Shown here: in pieces, positions 17,609-26,637 of the stretch | How the letters are laid out: every line of letters starts with the position of its first letter | Position numbering within the stretch: the stretch's first letter is position 1 | Sequence record: LC373201.2 | DNA: 64,000 nt | DNA from: Enterobacter phage EspM4VN | Reading direction: 5' to 3' (one strand) | Position numbers and translations under genes: made by a program | The notes under the pieces: generated by a model | What the model saw: only the letters and a program-made list of their open reading frames with translations | What the model was told of the DNA's origin: nothing | Database searches by the model: none

Positions 17609-19269
17609 GCATGCGCCACTTAGATCCAATCCATGCAATCGACTTCTACAAATCAGGTCACATCTATCAATTCCCTGAAGGCAGCGAGCTGGTGTTCTCC
17701 AACGGAACTCCGCGTTCCAACAAACTGTTCAACTCTCACCTGCCGAAGAACGGCGTGGTGGTCTGGGGTATCCAGGGCTTCATGACCTGGTTCCACGAAC
17801 TGTTTGACGAAGCGTTCTTCCAGCGCCCAAAGGCCAAGGTGCTGAAGAAGTATGCCCGTCGCATGAACAAAGTGCTGGGACCAGGCCGCGTCGGCACAGA
17901 GCATATCGAAGCCCTGCACGACCTCGGCTACCTGCCTATCGAAGTCCGTGCTCTGCCTGAAGGCACCATGTGCCCGTATGGCGTTCCGGTGTATGTGATG
18001 TTCAACACCTTGCCGGAGTTCTACTGGCTGACCAACTATCTGGAGACTGTATTCAGCTCTGAGATCTGGAAGCCGATGACGAACGCCACCATCGCCCTGC
18101 ACTACAAAGCGTTGATGGTGAAAGCTGCTATCGCTACAGGCGTGTCGCCGGACCATTGGTTCATCGACTACCAAGGCCATGACTTCTCCTTCCGTGGTAT
18201 GAGCGGGTGGCATGACGCTGCGTCTTCCGGTTCCGGCCACCTGGTGTTCTTCAAAGGCACCGATACCAACCCTGCCCTAGACTTCGTTGAAGAGTACTAT
18301 GGCGCAGACATCGACGAAGACTATGTCGTTGCTGGCTCCGTTGCGGCTACCGAACACGCCGTGATGTGTATGGGCACGAAGGATGGCGAATTCGAAACCT
18401 TCCGCCGCCTGGTGCAGGACGTGTATCCTGATGGCATCGTCAGTATCGTGTCTGACGCGTGGGACTATTGGCAGGTCATCGACGACTATCTGCCTCGCCT
18501 GAAAGACATTATCATGGCACGCAACGGTAAAGTCGTGATCCGCCCTGACTCGGGCGACCCTGTACACATCGTTGGCGGCTACCGCATTGAATCATTCCGC
18601 AATCGTGGGACGCTTCAGTTAAGCAGCGTGTCCAGCAGCACCGAAGTCATTCACATCGAAGAGACGAACACCTATCACCTGATCACAGGCGAAGGCACGA
18701 TCAACTCTCTGATGGCAGATGACCGCAATATCATCAGCCGTTCTGAAGCGGTCGGCTCTATTCAACGCCTGTGGGAGATCTTTGGTGGCACCCAGACCGA
18801 AACTGGCCACTTCCTGTTGGATGAGCACATCGGTCTGATCTACGGTGACTCCATCACCCTGGCACGTGAAGACCAGATCTTTGGCCGTCTGGCTGGCCGG
18901 AACTTCGCTTCCATCAACGTGGTCTTCGGTATCGGTTCCTACACCTACCAGATGAACACCCGTGACAGCACTGGGACGGCGGTGAAAGCCACGGCTGGTA
19001 AAGTGAACGGTGAATTCCGTGAGATCTTCAAAGAGCCGAAGACTGACAAAGGCGGGACTAAAAAGTCTGCGCGTGGTTTCCTTAAAGTCATTAAAGACTC
19101 TCAGGGTAAACTAGTGTTGGTTGACGGTATCACCTTTGATCAGGTACAAGACGCCGACAACCAGCACCAGCTGGTGTACCGTGATGGTAAGTTCTCCAAC
19201 ACTCAGACTCTGGAAGATGCGCGTGTTCGTGCCGCTCCTCTGGTGGCGGAACTGGCCTCACAAATCTGA
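17605..19269 (+). CDS. nicotinamide phosphoribosyltransferase homologue (NAMPT/NadV or Namat-like)
   Basis: 554 aa; N-term MSMRHLDPIHAIDFYKSGHIYQFPEG typical of the NAMPT family. Confidence 0.85.
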   Translation: MSMRHLDPIHAIDFYKSGHIYQFPEGSELVFSNGTPRSNKLFNSHLPKNGVVVWGIQGFMTWFHELFDEAFFQRPKAKVLKKYARRMNKVLGPGRVGTEHIEALHDLGYLPIEVRALPEGTMCPYGVPVYVMFNTLPEFYWLTNYLETVFSSEIWKPMTNATIALHYKALMVKAAIATGVSPDHWFIDYQGHDFSFRGMSGWHDAASSGSGHLVFFKGTDTNPALDFVEEYYGADIDEDYVVAGSVAATEHAVMCMGTKDGEFETFRRLVQDVYPDGIVSIVSDAWDYWQVIDDYLPRLKDIIMARNGKVVIRPDSGDPVHIVGGYRIESFRNRGTLQLSSVSSSTEVIHIEETNTYHLITGEGTINSLMADDRNIISRSEAVGSIQRLWEIFGGTQTETGHFLLDEHIGLIYGDSITLAREDQIFGRLAGRNFASINVVFGIGSYTYQMNTRDSTGTAVKATAGKVNGEFREIFKEPKTDKGGTKKSARGFLKVIKDSQGKLVLVDGITFDQVQDADNQHQLVYRDGKFSNTQTLEDARVRAAPLVAELASQI

Positions 19270-19276
19270 TAACCGA

Positions 19277-19300
19277 AGGGGAGGAAACTCCCCTGTTTTG
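19277..19300 (+). terminator. rho-independent terminator
   Basis: AGGGGAG-GAAA-CTCCCCT then GTTTTG. Confidence 0.6.
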
Positions 19301-19310
19301 AGGTCGAGGA

Positions 19311-19481
19311 ATGTCCAAACCATTCAAAAATGCGGGTGTCGACAACCTCGACCGCCGCTTTACTCCATCGGAAACGCTGATGAGCCAGATTGAACTCAAT
19401 CGCGATTTCCTGGAACATATGCTGGTCAAGCCGGAAGGTGAGGCCGAAGACAACCCTGAAGAAGGCAATAACGATGATTGA
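19311..19481 (+). CDS. small acidic protein (56 aa), not in ORF track
   Basis: ATG 19311 after GAGGTCGAGGA; MSKPFKNAGVDNLDRRF...EGNNDD; stop overlaps next start (ATGATTGA). Confidence 0.35.
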   Translation: MSKPFKNAGVDNLDRRFTPSETLMSQIELNRDFLEHMLVKPEGEAEDNPEEGNNDD

Positions 19482-21705
19482 ATCATTAGAATTTAAGAAT
19501 GCGGTTGCGACTGCTGCTCCGTCCAACCATGTAATCGTTGTGGACATCTCTTATTCGATGTACCGTGCGCTCCCTGAAGTCCGTAAGCATCTGAAGGAGA
19601 ACCTGCCTTCTCTGGTGAAACCGGAAGACACTGTGAGTGTTCTGTACTTCTCATCCCGTGGCGACTTTGGTACTGTGTTCGCTGGCCGTCAGGTTAGTGC
19701 AGCATCTGACCTGAGTGAGCTGAACAAACTGATCGACCGCTTCCTGCAGCCATCTGGCTGTACTGGCTTTGTTGAGCCTTTAAAGCTGGCGTTCGATACT
19801 GCAGACAGCCTGAAGAAGCCTGGCTATGTCAACAACCTGGCGTTCATGACCGATGGTTATGACAACTGCTGGCGTACCAACGAAATCCTGCTGGTCGCCG
19901 AGACCCTGCCTCATGCATTCGACAACATCACGTTCATCGAATACGGCTGGAACTGTAACCGCGAACTGCTGTCGCAGATGGCTGAACGCTCTGGTGCGAC
20001 TCACGTGTTCGCCGAAGGCCAGACTGAATATCAGACTGAGCTGGAAAACGTTCTGAAGTCCTCGGTGCCGAAGGTTCGTGTCGACATCAGCGCCCTATAC
20101 ACGCATGCCATCTACGTTGAAAATGGCGTAGCAACTGTGTTAGCTGCTCAGTCGGACGTGAAAGATTCGGATATCCCTGGGGTGAAGGTCGAAGTAAGCG
20201 CCTACGTTAACGTCCCTGAGAGCGTCACCAAGCTGTGGGTTGTAAACCCTAACATGATCGACCAGATGGATAGCCTGACGGATATCCAGGCGGCATACGT
20301 GCTGGCGTTCTACGGCGTACACACGATGGACGCAGATCTGGTTTGGGCTGCTCTGAAGAAGACTGGTGACGTGCGCTTCATCAAGCGTTACAACAACTGC
20401 TTCACCAAGCAGGACTACTCCAACATCAAGATCGATCTGGTACAGGCTATCGTTGACGACCAGCTGCGCGGCGTTGAAGGCATCGACTACAACCTGGTTC
20501 CGGCTGAAGACGCAACCACCGTCGTTGATGTGCTGACGTACCTGGCCGAAGCTGGTGTGTCTGTTGCAACCAAGCATCCTATGTTCTCCTATCGCAGCAT
20601 TGGTCGCGGTACTGTGCAGAAAGCCGACGACACCGAAGACAAGCTGGCTGAAGAGATCGCGAATGCTCAGTCCAAAGAAGAGCGTAAAGCCCTGGCTCTC
20701 AAGCTGGCAGAGCACGAAGAGTGGACGCCGTCGTTTGAACCTGCGAACGATCTGGGCGTGGTTCCAATCAGCGACCTGGTCTATAACTCCGAGCGCCCGA
20801 ACATCAGTGTGCGTACAATTCAACACGGTACTGTGGCGGTGCCTGAGTTCGCGCAGAAGAAGTTTGGCCTGCCTGAAGAACTGGACACCTTCCAGTGGCG
20901 CAACTACACCATCGTCAAAGATGGCATCATCAACGTGAAGACCCTGCCGTTCAAGGCTGACGCCGAAGTTGCGACTGTTCTTCATCAGATGGGCGTTCAC
21001 GTGTTCGGTGGCCAGAACGACGTGTTCATCCTGAACCTGGAAAGCGTACCGCTGGTCAACCGCGCCATGACCAAGAACATCAGTGCTGCTCAGTTCTTTG
21101 CCGACAACGTCCGCCTGGAAGCCCTGAAAGGCAAACAGAAGGTGCTGAAGTTCTACCGTGACGCCCTGGTTGGTAAGGGTAACGCCAAAGGTCTGGCTAT
21201 TCAGTACGGTGCCGAGGCCGCAGAATACCTGTCTGGCGTTGGCATCCGTGATTACGGCTTCTCACCGAAGACTGAGACCAAGGAGTCTACCGACTTCTAC
21301 ATGAGCCGTGAGCTGAACGTGAAGATCGCTGGCGCTTCTTCCCTGCCGTCTATCGCAGCGGTGCAGAAGAAGATTGCCGACAAGAAGAACCTGAATGCTG
21401 GTGACATGTTCATCGCCAATGCGCTGAAAGAGTACGATGCATTCGTGAAGTCTCCGGCCATTACTGCTGTACCTGAAGCCGTACAGAAACAGCTGATCGA
21501 AAACTGGATCGACGCTGCTGCCAAGGCGGCCATCACCGAAGTCCGCGCCCTGAACAAGACGCTGTCTAAAGTGGTGTACGGTATCGTTGCTGGCCACGGC
21601 TGGTTCACCGACCTCGATCTGGAAGAGTCAACCATGGAAGTTGAAGTGGATGGCGTGAAGTACAAGGTCACTGCCGAACTGGCAGAGAAAGAGATCAAAA
21701 TCTAA
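19474..21705 (+). CDS. von Willebrand factor A (vWA) domain protein (743 aa)
   Basis: N-terminal VIVVDISYSMYRALPEV...DTVSVLYFSS is a MIDAS-type vWA motif; start ATG 19474 (RBS GAAGG). Confidence 0.6.
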   Translation: MIESLEFKNAVATAAPSNHVIVVDISYSMYRALPEVRKHLKENLPSLVKPEDTVSVLYFSSRGDFGTVFAGRQVSAASDLSELNKLIDRFLQPSGCTGFVEPLKLAFDTADSLKKPGYVNNLAFMTDGYDNCWRTNEILLVAETLPHAFDNITFIEYGWNCNRELLSQMAERSGATHVFAEGQTEYQTELENVLKSSVPKVRVDISALYTHAIYVENGVATVLAAQSDVKDSDIPGVKVEVSAYVNVPESVTKLWVVNPNMIDQMDSLTDIQAAYVLAFYGVHTMDADLVWAALKKTGDVRFIKRYNNCFTKQDYSNIKIDLVQAIVDDQLRGVEGIDYNLVPAEDATTVVDVLTYLAEAGVSVATKHPMFSYRSIGRGTVQKADDTEDKLAEEIANAQSKEERKALALKLAEHEEWTPSFEPANDLGVVPISDLVYNSERPNISVRTIQHGTVAVPEFAQKKFGLPEELDTFQWRNYTIVKDGIINVKTLPFKADAEVATVLHQMGVHVFGGQNDVFILNLESVPLVNRAMTKNISAAQFFADNVRLEALKGKQKVLKFYRDALVGKGNAKGLAIQYGAEAAEYLSGVGIRDYGFSPKTETKESTDFYMSRELNVKIAGASSLPSIAAVQKKIADKKNLNAGDMFIANALKEYDAFVKSPAITAVPEAVQKQLIENWIDAAAKAAITEVRALNKTLSKVVYGIVAGHGWFTDLDLEESTMEVEVDGVKYKVTAELAEKEIKI

Positions 21706-21712
21706 TCCAACG

Positions 21713-21737
21713 GGCGGGGCAACCCGCCTTTCTTTGG
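21713..21737 (+). terminator. rho-independent terminator
   Basis: GGCGGG-GCAA-CCCGCC then TTTCTTT. Confidence 0.6.
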
Positions 21738-21747
21738 GAGAAGTAAC

Positions 21748-22074
21748 ATGAGCAGTAAACCAACATATGTTGAAGTCATGCGTCATCTGGCTCAGTACGC
21801 CACTGACAATCTGAATCTGGAAGTCAGTGATGAGGACAAGAGTAGCATCAAAGGAATCGTCGACGCCGAAGTGGTAATCAACGATGCCCTGGACAAGCTG
21901 GCTGGCCTCCGCACCAAGAAAGACCTCGGTGGTGATGAACTCGATGCTATCGAAATCGTAATGGACCTCGAAGAAGAGTTTCAGGTAGAAATCGACGATG
22001 GTTGGCTGGGTAGTAAAGGCGATGACCCTACCATGGGCGAACTCGCTGAACTCGTGGTTGCCCTGCGCAAATAA
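21748..22074 (+). CDS. acyl-carrier-protein-like protein with Ser to Glu at the attachment site
   Basis: LGGDELDAIEIVMDLEEEFQVEIDD aligns to the ACP motif [26 protein letters not shown] but has DELD instead of DSLD. Confidence 0.5.
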   Translation: MSSKPTYVEVMRHLAQYATDNLNLEVSDEDKSSIKGIVDAEVVINDALDKLAGLRTKKDLGGDELDAIEIVMDLEEEFQVEIDDGWLGSKGDDPTMGELAELVVALRK

Positions 22075-22080
22075 CAGAAG

Positions 22081-22106
22081 TCCCCAACGTTTGTTGGGGA
22101 TTTTTA
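22081..22106 (+). terminator. rho-independent terminator
   Basis: TCCCCAAC-GTTT-GTTGGGGA then TTTTT. Confidence 0.65.
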
Positions 22107-22116
22107 CTTTTAGGGG

Positions 22117-22145
22117 TTTACTTCTTCCAAGTAATGTCCTATTAT
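22117..22145 (+). promoter_or_regulatory. T4-type early promoter TTTACT-N17-TATTAT
   Basis: GTTTACT 22116-22122, TATTAT 22140-22145. Confidence 0.5.
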
Positions 22146-22197
22146 TCAATAACTGGCGAACGATGGGGTTCACCAGATTGAGATGAAGGGTTACATT

Positions 22198-22437
22198 ATG
22201 AAACTGCCTGGTTACGTTGAAATCTATGTCCGCCTCGATAAAGACGGTAATCTGAAAGCCAAAGAGTTGACGCACATGATTATCAAGTACGGCGTCGACA
22301 CTGTGGTCGAAGTTGAAAACGAACAAGTTAAAGGTGAGTATGTCAAAATTAAAGGGCGTGGCCTCAGAACAAACCCGACTTACTTTGTGGGAGTTCACCT
22401 TGACACAGGTAAAGAAGTCGTGGAGATGGTGGCATAA
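22198..22437 (+). CDS. hypothetical protein (79 aa)
   Basis: ORF 22183..22437; second ATG 22198 has better RBS (AAGGG). Confidence 0.45.
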   Translation: MKLPGYVEIYVRLDKDGNLKAKELTHMIIKYGVDTVVEVENEQVKGEYVKIKGRGLRTNPTYFVGVHLDTGKEVVEMVA

Positions 22438-22682
22438 TGTCAAATAAGAACAAAATGGTCGAAACTTCAGTAGAGATTGATCGCAATTGGGGTTTGCTGC
22501 GCGCCAAAGGGTTCCGTCGTGTGTATGCGACCAAAGAAGTCTATGCCCAGCGCCGTGACGTTATCATCAGCAAGAAAGGCAAAGAGTGGGTTGCTGAAGA
22601 AGTCGATGTTGAGACGGGCGTCGTCGGTAAGGTGAAGGCCAAGGCCGCGATCCTCTTCGCTCTTCTGAAGCATATCAATTAA
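22437..22682 (+). CDS. hypothetical protein (81 aa)
   Basis: ORF overlapping upstream stop (ATAATG). Confidence 0.45.
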   Translation: MSNKNKMVETSVEIDRNWGLLRAKGFRRVYATKEVYAQRRDVIISKKGKEWVAEEVDVETGVVGKVKAKAAILFALLKHIN

Positions 22683-22741
22683 TTCTATAAACTCCGGCGG
22701 GGTATGATTACCCCGTCTATTTGAAATGCAGGAACTATATC

Positions 22742-23197
22742 ATGACCCGTATCAATGTTATTCCCGTTGAATCTCTTTGTGACCAGCACCTCCTTGCCGA
22801 GTACACCGAACTCGCGCCTGTCGTTCTTAATGTGGTGAACGGCAAGCGCCGCAACCTCAAGGGTGCTCCGAAGCAGTACAAACTCAACGAAGGTCATGTG
22901 CTGTTCTTCCGCGACAAGCTCATTTATCTGATTGAGCGATATGATCAGCTTGTTACCGAACTGCTGTCCCGTGGGTACACTGTCAACTATCCGTCCCTCC
23001 GCAATCAGGTGACCTCCGATAATCGACAGGAACTCGCGATCTATCTGAACGATTACCAACCGACCCAAGCCGCAGTCCAAGAGAATGTCGAGCGCATTGT
23101 CGAACGCCTGAATGGGATGGGTAAAATCACGTATAACCGCACACCAGTAGACCCATCCTACATGGTGAACGTTATGAAACAATCATTCCAATTCTGA
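22742..23197 (+). CDS. denV: endonuclease V, pyrimidine-dimer DNA glycosylase (DenV)
   Basis: MTRINVIPVESLCDQHLLAEYTELAPV...NGKRR vs T4 DenV [27 protein letters not shown]...NGKRV. Confidence 0.85.
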   Translation: MTRINVIPVESLCDQHLLAEYTELAPVVLNVVNGKRRNLKGAPKQYKLNEGHVLFFRDKLIYLIERYDQLVTELLSRGYTVNYPSLRNQVTSDNRQELAIYLNDYQPTQAAVQENVERIVERLNGMGKITYNRTPVDPSYMVNVMKQSFQF

Positions 23198-23209
23198 AGA
23201 GACTATATC

Positions 23210-23584
23210 ATGAAAAAGTTAATCCTTGTCGTTGCCATGCTGGGCGCTTCCTTCTCTGCTGTTTCCGCTCCTCCTGTCATCACCGGAGTGTCTACCAACG
23301 GTGTTTATGCTTTCAAGGCGTATGGCCAAGACCTCGTTCTGTATAAGAACGGGAAGATGATTGAGCGCTGCGTATCAGACGGCGTAAACCGTGGGATCGA
23401 CAATCAGGGCAGCCCGTTCATTCTAGACTTCTATGCCTGCTCCAACGGGACTAAGACCTTCGGTGTCAAGACCTTTGGTAACGTTGCCGACGGTGGTTGG
23501 GGCTTCATGATTGAAACCCGCAATCGCCGCCCAGTCACCACCATGGAAGAAGAGTTCATGATCTCTGTTGGGGGCACGTTATGA
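23210..23584 (+). CDS. secreted protein (Sec signal peptide)
   Basis: MKKLILVVAMLGASFSAVSA-PP signal peptide; 124 aa. Confidence 0.55.
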   Translation: MKKLILVVAMLGASFSAVSAPPVITGVSTNGVYAFKAYGQDLVLYKNGKMIERCVSDGVNRGIDNQGSPFILDFYACSNGTKTFGVKTFGNVADGGWGFMIETRNRRPVTTMEEEFMISVGGTL

Positions 23585-23868
23585 CTCCTGAACAACGCCG
23601 TTCCGTGAAAGTCATGGTGAAAGGCAAGACACATCTGAGTTATGTCCAGTCTGCCAATGTTGTCCGCCTGATGGAAGTCAAGAACGACATCGACAACTCC
23701 CGATTCCAATCGGCGCTCTATGGGCTTCTCGAGTTCGTTCTGCGCCAGGCTGATCTTGGTCATGTCGATACTCTTGATGATCTGACCAATCTGTTGAATA
23801 CGGGCGGGGAAGGTTTCGACACCGCCCGTATCCTGATTGATGGCGGACCTGAAGAAGACGAGGTGTAA
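23581..23868 (+). CDS. hypothetical protein (95 aa)
   Basis: ORF, start overlaps upstream stop. Confidence 0.45.
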   Translation: MTPEQRRSVKVMVKGKTHLSYVQSANVVRLMEVKNDIDNSRFQSALYGLLEFVLRQADLGHVDTLDDLTNLLNTGGEGFDTARILIDGGPEEDEV

Positions 23869-23869
23869 T

Positions 23870-24028
23870 ATGGATAAAGAATTGGTTTGGGAAATTGTGA
23901 AGGGTGTCCTGGTAATAATCGCGGTGGTTTTCATCTTGGGTGGGAACTTCTTCTATTGGTTATTCCGATCCGACCAGAAACGTCGCGAACGCAAGGAGAA
24001 AGAGAGAAAGGATCGCTGGATGCGCTAA
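23870..24028 (+). CDS. small membrane protein (52 aa)
   Basis: ATG 23870 after GAGGTG; one TM helix then KRRERKEKERK tail. Confidence 0.4.
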   Translation: MDKELVWEIVKGVLVIIAVVFILGGNFFYWLFRSDQKRRERKEKERKDRWMR

Positions 24029-24061
24029 CTAAGGGATAATCCATATCCCGAGGTGAATCTC

Positions 24062-24511
24062 ATGTTCATGTCTTCCTTCATAGACTGGTTGAACATTATC
24101 AACGGCCTGAGGATTCCTGTTGGAAACCTCGGGCTTTCTCGTTCTTCTATGCCACAGATTGACGATGACAAGCAGCAGGCGTTCCATGACTACCTGGAGG
24201 AACTTGGCATCACCATCGACGCTGGCCAGGTTCCAATCAGATCCCTCCGTCTCACCCAGAACGAAATCAACAAGATGAAGGTCTGGAAGATCATGAAGAA
24301 CATTCGGAACAAGAAGCCCATGGGACGGGTTTGGGTTTCTTCTGACAATTATGTGGTCGACGGCTCACACCGCTATGTCGCCGCCCTGAACATGGATGAC
24401 CGCCAGCGCCTCAAGGTCTACAAAGTGGACATGCCTGCTCTGGAGTTCGTCAAGGTTGCCAAGCAGTTCAAGGGTGTGAAGTTCAGAACCGTGTCTGACG
24501 CTCGCTTCTGA
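24062..24511 (+). CDS. hypothetical protein (149 aa)
   Basis: ORF 24053..24511; ATG 24062 has RBS GAGGTG at spacing 6. Confidence 0.45.
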   Translation: MFMSSFIDWLNIINGLRIPVGNLGLSRSSMPQIDDDKQQAFHDYLEELGITIDAGQVPIRSLRLTQNEINKMKVWKIMKNIRNKKPMGRVWVSSDNYVVDGSHRYVAALNMDDRQRLKVYKVDMPALEFVKVAKQFKGVKFRTVSDARF

Positions 24512-24590
24512 ATACGATAGTTTATTGAAACCCTTTACTCAACATGGTGAGCCGCCTATCATTTCATCCAATGAAATAAGGAGAATCACC

Positions 24591-25276
24591 ATGAAACGTT
24601 TAATCCTCGGGTTGTGCTGGCTGGTCTGGCATTACCCGCCGCTGCCAAGCTGAACTCCACAGGTGACAAACTGTGGTCTGATCTTTCCTACTGTGCTGGG
24701 TTCTCCCAGGCAGTTGCCATCGATAAGTCTGGTTCCATAGAGAACTTTGCTGAACTCTGGAACACAGGCAACGTCTCAACCGCTGTGGTCAACGCTGGGA
24801 TTGAGTTCAACCGTTACAAACAGGGAGCCTATAACCTCAAGGGCTACCTAAATGACGATGAATTTAATCGAGGAGGCATGGAGGCAGGCGATTTGATCAT
24901 GACTGGCCGAATGGGCACACAAGGTCGCATAAAGGTGAGAGAGTGCCGTTCGCTCCCTTCTCCGGCATTACAGAAGGGTGTGCAGATAGGCCGCCGTCAC
25001 CTGAACCTGATCAACGATGGCAACCAGTGCATCAAGGTCTTCGAATACAGCGCCACACAGACCTCTGATCGTGTCCTGAAGAAGGAATGGCGCACCCGCG
25101 CTCTCGGCCTCAGAGCCTGGTTGGTAGAGAATGACCGTTATTTTGAGGATCGTGTTCAGAACGGCCTGAAAGATCTGGCCACTGACCTGAGCGTGAACCT
25201 TGATGACCCTCGCATGTCACACGAACTCCAGCAGACTCGTGTCGACTGCGACAATATGATGAAGGAGAACGAATGA
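24591..25276 (+). CDS. secreted protein, signal peptide split by a 1-nt frame break near 24612
   Basis: Strong RBS AAGGAGA 8 nt before ATG 24591 gives MKRLILGL then stop; +2 frame continues LAGLALPAAAKLNSTG...; adding one T in TT at 24612 gives MKRLILGLLLAGLALPAAA. Confidence 0.55.
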
Positions 25277-25605
25277 TGTTACGCAAAATCATCCTCCTGC
25301 TGTTGCTGGCTGTTGTCGTGAGTTACGTTGCTGGTGCGTATGCAGCACCGCCGTCTAAGCTGAACACGTGTGCGGCTTGGATGAACACGTATCAACAGTT
25401 CCATCCAGACGACAAGGACACTTCCATTCTTCTGTCTGACTTCGAGGGTGAGATGAAGCGCCTAGACCTGTTCAGCGTGGACGAGATTGAGAATGCTCTG
25501 GACCTACCCATGATGCTGTCTGCCGCCGATAACAGTCCACAGACGAAGAAAGATCTGATGTATTGTCGTGGAATTGCTCAGGACTTTGTCGGCTTTCAAA
25601 AATAA
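25273..25605 (+). CDS. secreted or membrane-anchored protein (110 aa)
   Basis: MMLRKIILLLLLAVVVSYVAGAYAAPPS signal peptide/anchor. Confidence 0.5.
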   Translation: MMLRKIILLLLLAVVVSYVAGAYAAPPSKLNTCAAWMNTYQQFHPDDKDTSILLSDFEGEMKRLDLFSVDEIENALDLPMMLSAADNSPQTKKDLMYCRGIAQDFVGFQK

Positions 25606-25654
25606 GTTTCGGGTTAAAATTTAGCCCTACATTGAACTGAAGGAATACACTGTG

Positions 25655-26581
25655 ATGCTCCCGACCAAATCAATCGCTGCGGCGATTATCGAAAAGAATA
25701 AGGCTTTTGCCCCCAACACAGCCAAAGTTATGTTGGTGCACGAAGACGCTCGCGTGATCTTCGCTGAGAAGTTCGAGATGGGCGCAAAGTTCTGGTATGC
25801 CGACAACTTGCGTGAGAGCAAACTTCAGGGCATCATCCACAAACTGACTCTGGTCGCCAAGCGCAATGACCAGGGTGATTGGGTGGGTGTTTCCGACTTC
25901 AGTACGAAGATCACGCCAAAGGCTCCGCTTTCTCGTCAAGAGCGCGTGCTGCAAGCCCAAGAAAAGCTACGGCTGGCAAGAGGTGCACCGAAGGCGAAAC
26001 CGGATGCAAGTCCTGTTATAACGCCTGCCACCAAACTGCCTCCGGTGAGCGAAAAGTCTGTTGAGCAATATGCGGAGAAGCGCAAGGGTGTGGTGAAACC
26101 AGAGAATGGTCACGCAGTTGTCAAGACCGACAAGACTGTAGAACCCTTTAAGGATTCTTCAAAATCAGCTGTTGAAGTCGTTTCAGCAGTAACTGATGTT
26201 GTCAACAAAGTGCGCCAAGACATGGTTGCGCTGGGTACTCTGGATGATCCATCCGAATTCATCTCCCTGCGTGAACTTGAGCCGCCTGCTCGCCGTCGCA
26301 TTGCCAACGAAATGTTTGTGTCCTTCAGGCCGGACGGGAAGATCATCCTGTGCAAAGCCCTGCGCGATGCACTCCCGTGGACAACTCTGAACATGATGGT
26401 GACACGCGACTTCAAGCGCTTCGGCATCATGCAAGGCAAGGACTACAATGTGAATCAGAGCGGGACTTATGTCAATCGTGCCATGTGCGACAAGCTAACC
26501 TTCCCAGAAGATGCCGGAACGATCCGCGTCGTTCTGACCTGGGACGACAAGCTGAACATGTATGTTGGTGAATTCCAATAA
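25655..26581 (+). CDS. hypothetical protein (308 aa)
   Basis: ORF; ATG 25655 after TIR-like motif CATTGAACTGAAGGAATACACTGTGATG. Confidence 0.5.
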   Translation: MLPTKSIAAAIIEKNKAFAPNTAKVMLVHEDARVIFAEKFEMGAKFWYADNLRESKLQGIIHKLTLVAKRNDQGDWVGVSDFSTKITPKAPLSRQERVLQAQEKLRLARGAPKAKPDASPVITPATKLPPVSEKSVEQYAEKRKGVVKPENGHAVVKTDKTVEPFKDSSKSAVEVVSAVTDVVNKVRQDMVALGTLDDPSEFISLRELEPPARRRIANEMFVSFRPDGKIILCKALRDALPWTTLNMMVTRDFKRFGIMQGKDYNVNQSGTYVNRAMCDKLTFPEDAGTIRVVLTWDDKLNMYVGEFQ

Positions 26582-26637
26582 TCAATAACCTCGGGCGGCT
26601 TATCATAAGGTCGCCCTTTCATTTGAGAGACTATATC

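Noticed and set aside
24591-24640. Programmed ribosomal frameshifting to explain split ORFs (for example the 24591 signal peptide, 57413, 60468)
   Set aside because: No slippery heptamer plus downstream structure is present. Every site is a short homopolymer where one missing base restores the frame, and conserved genes such as uvsW are affected in the same way. Sequencing error is the simpler explanation.
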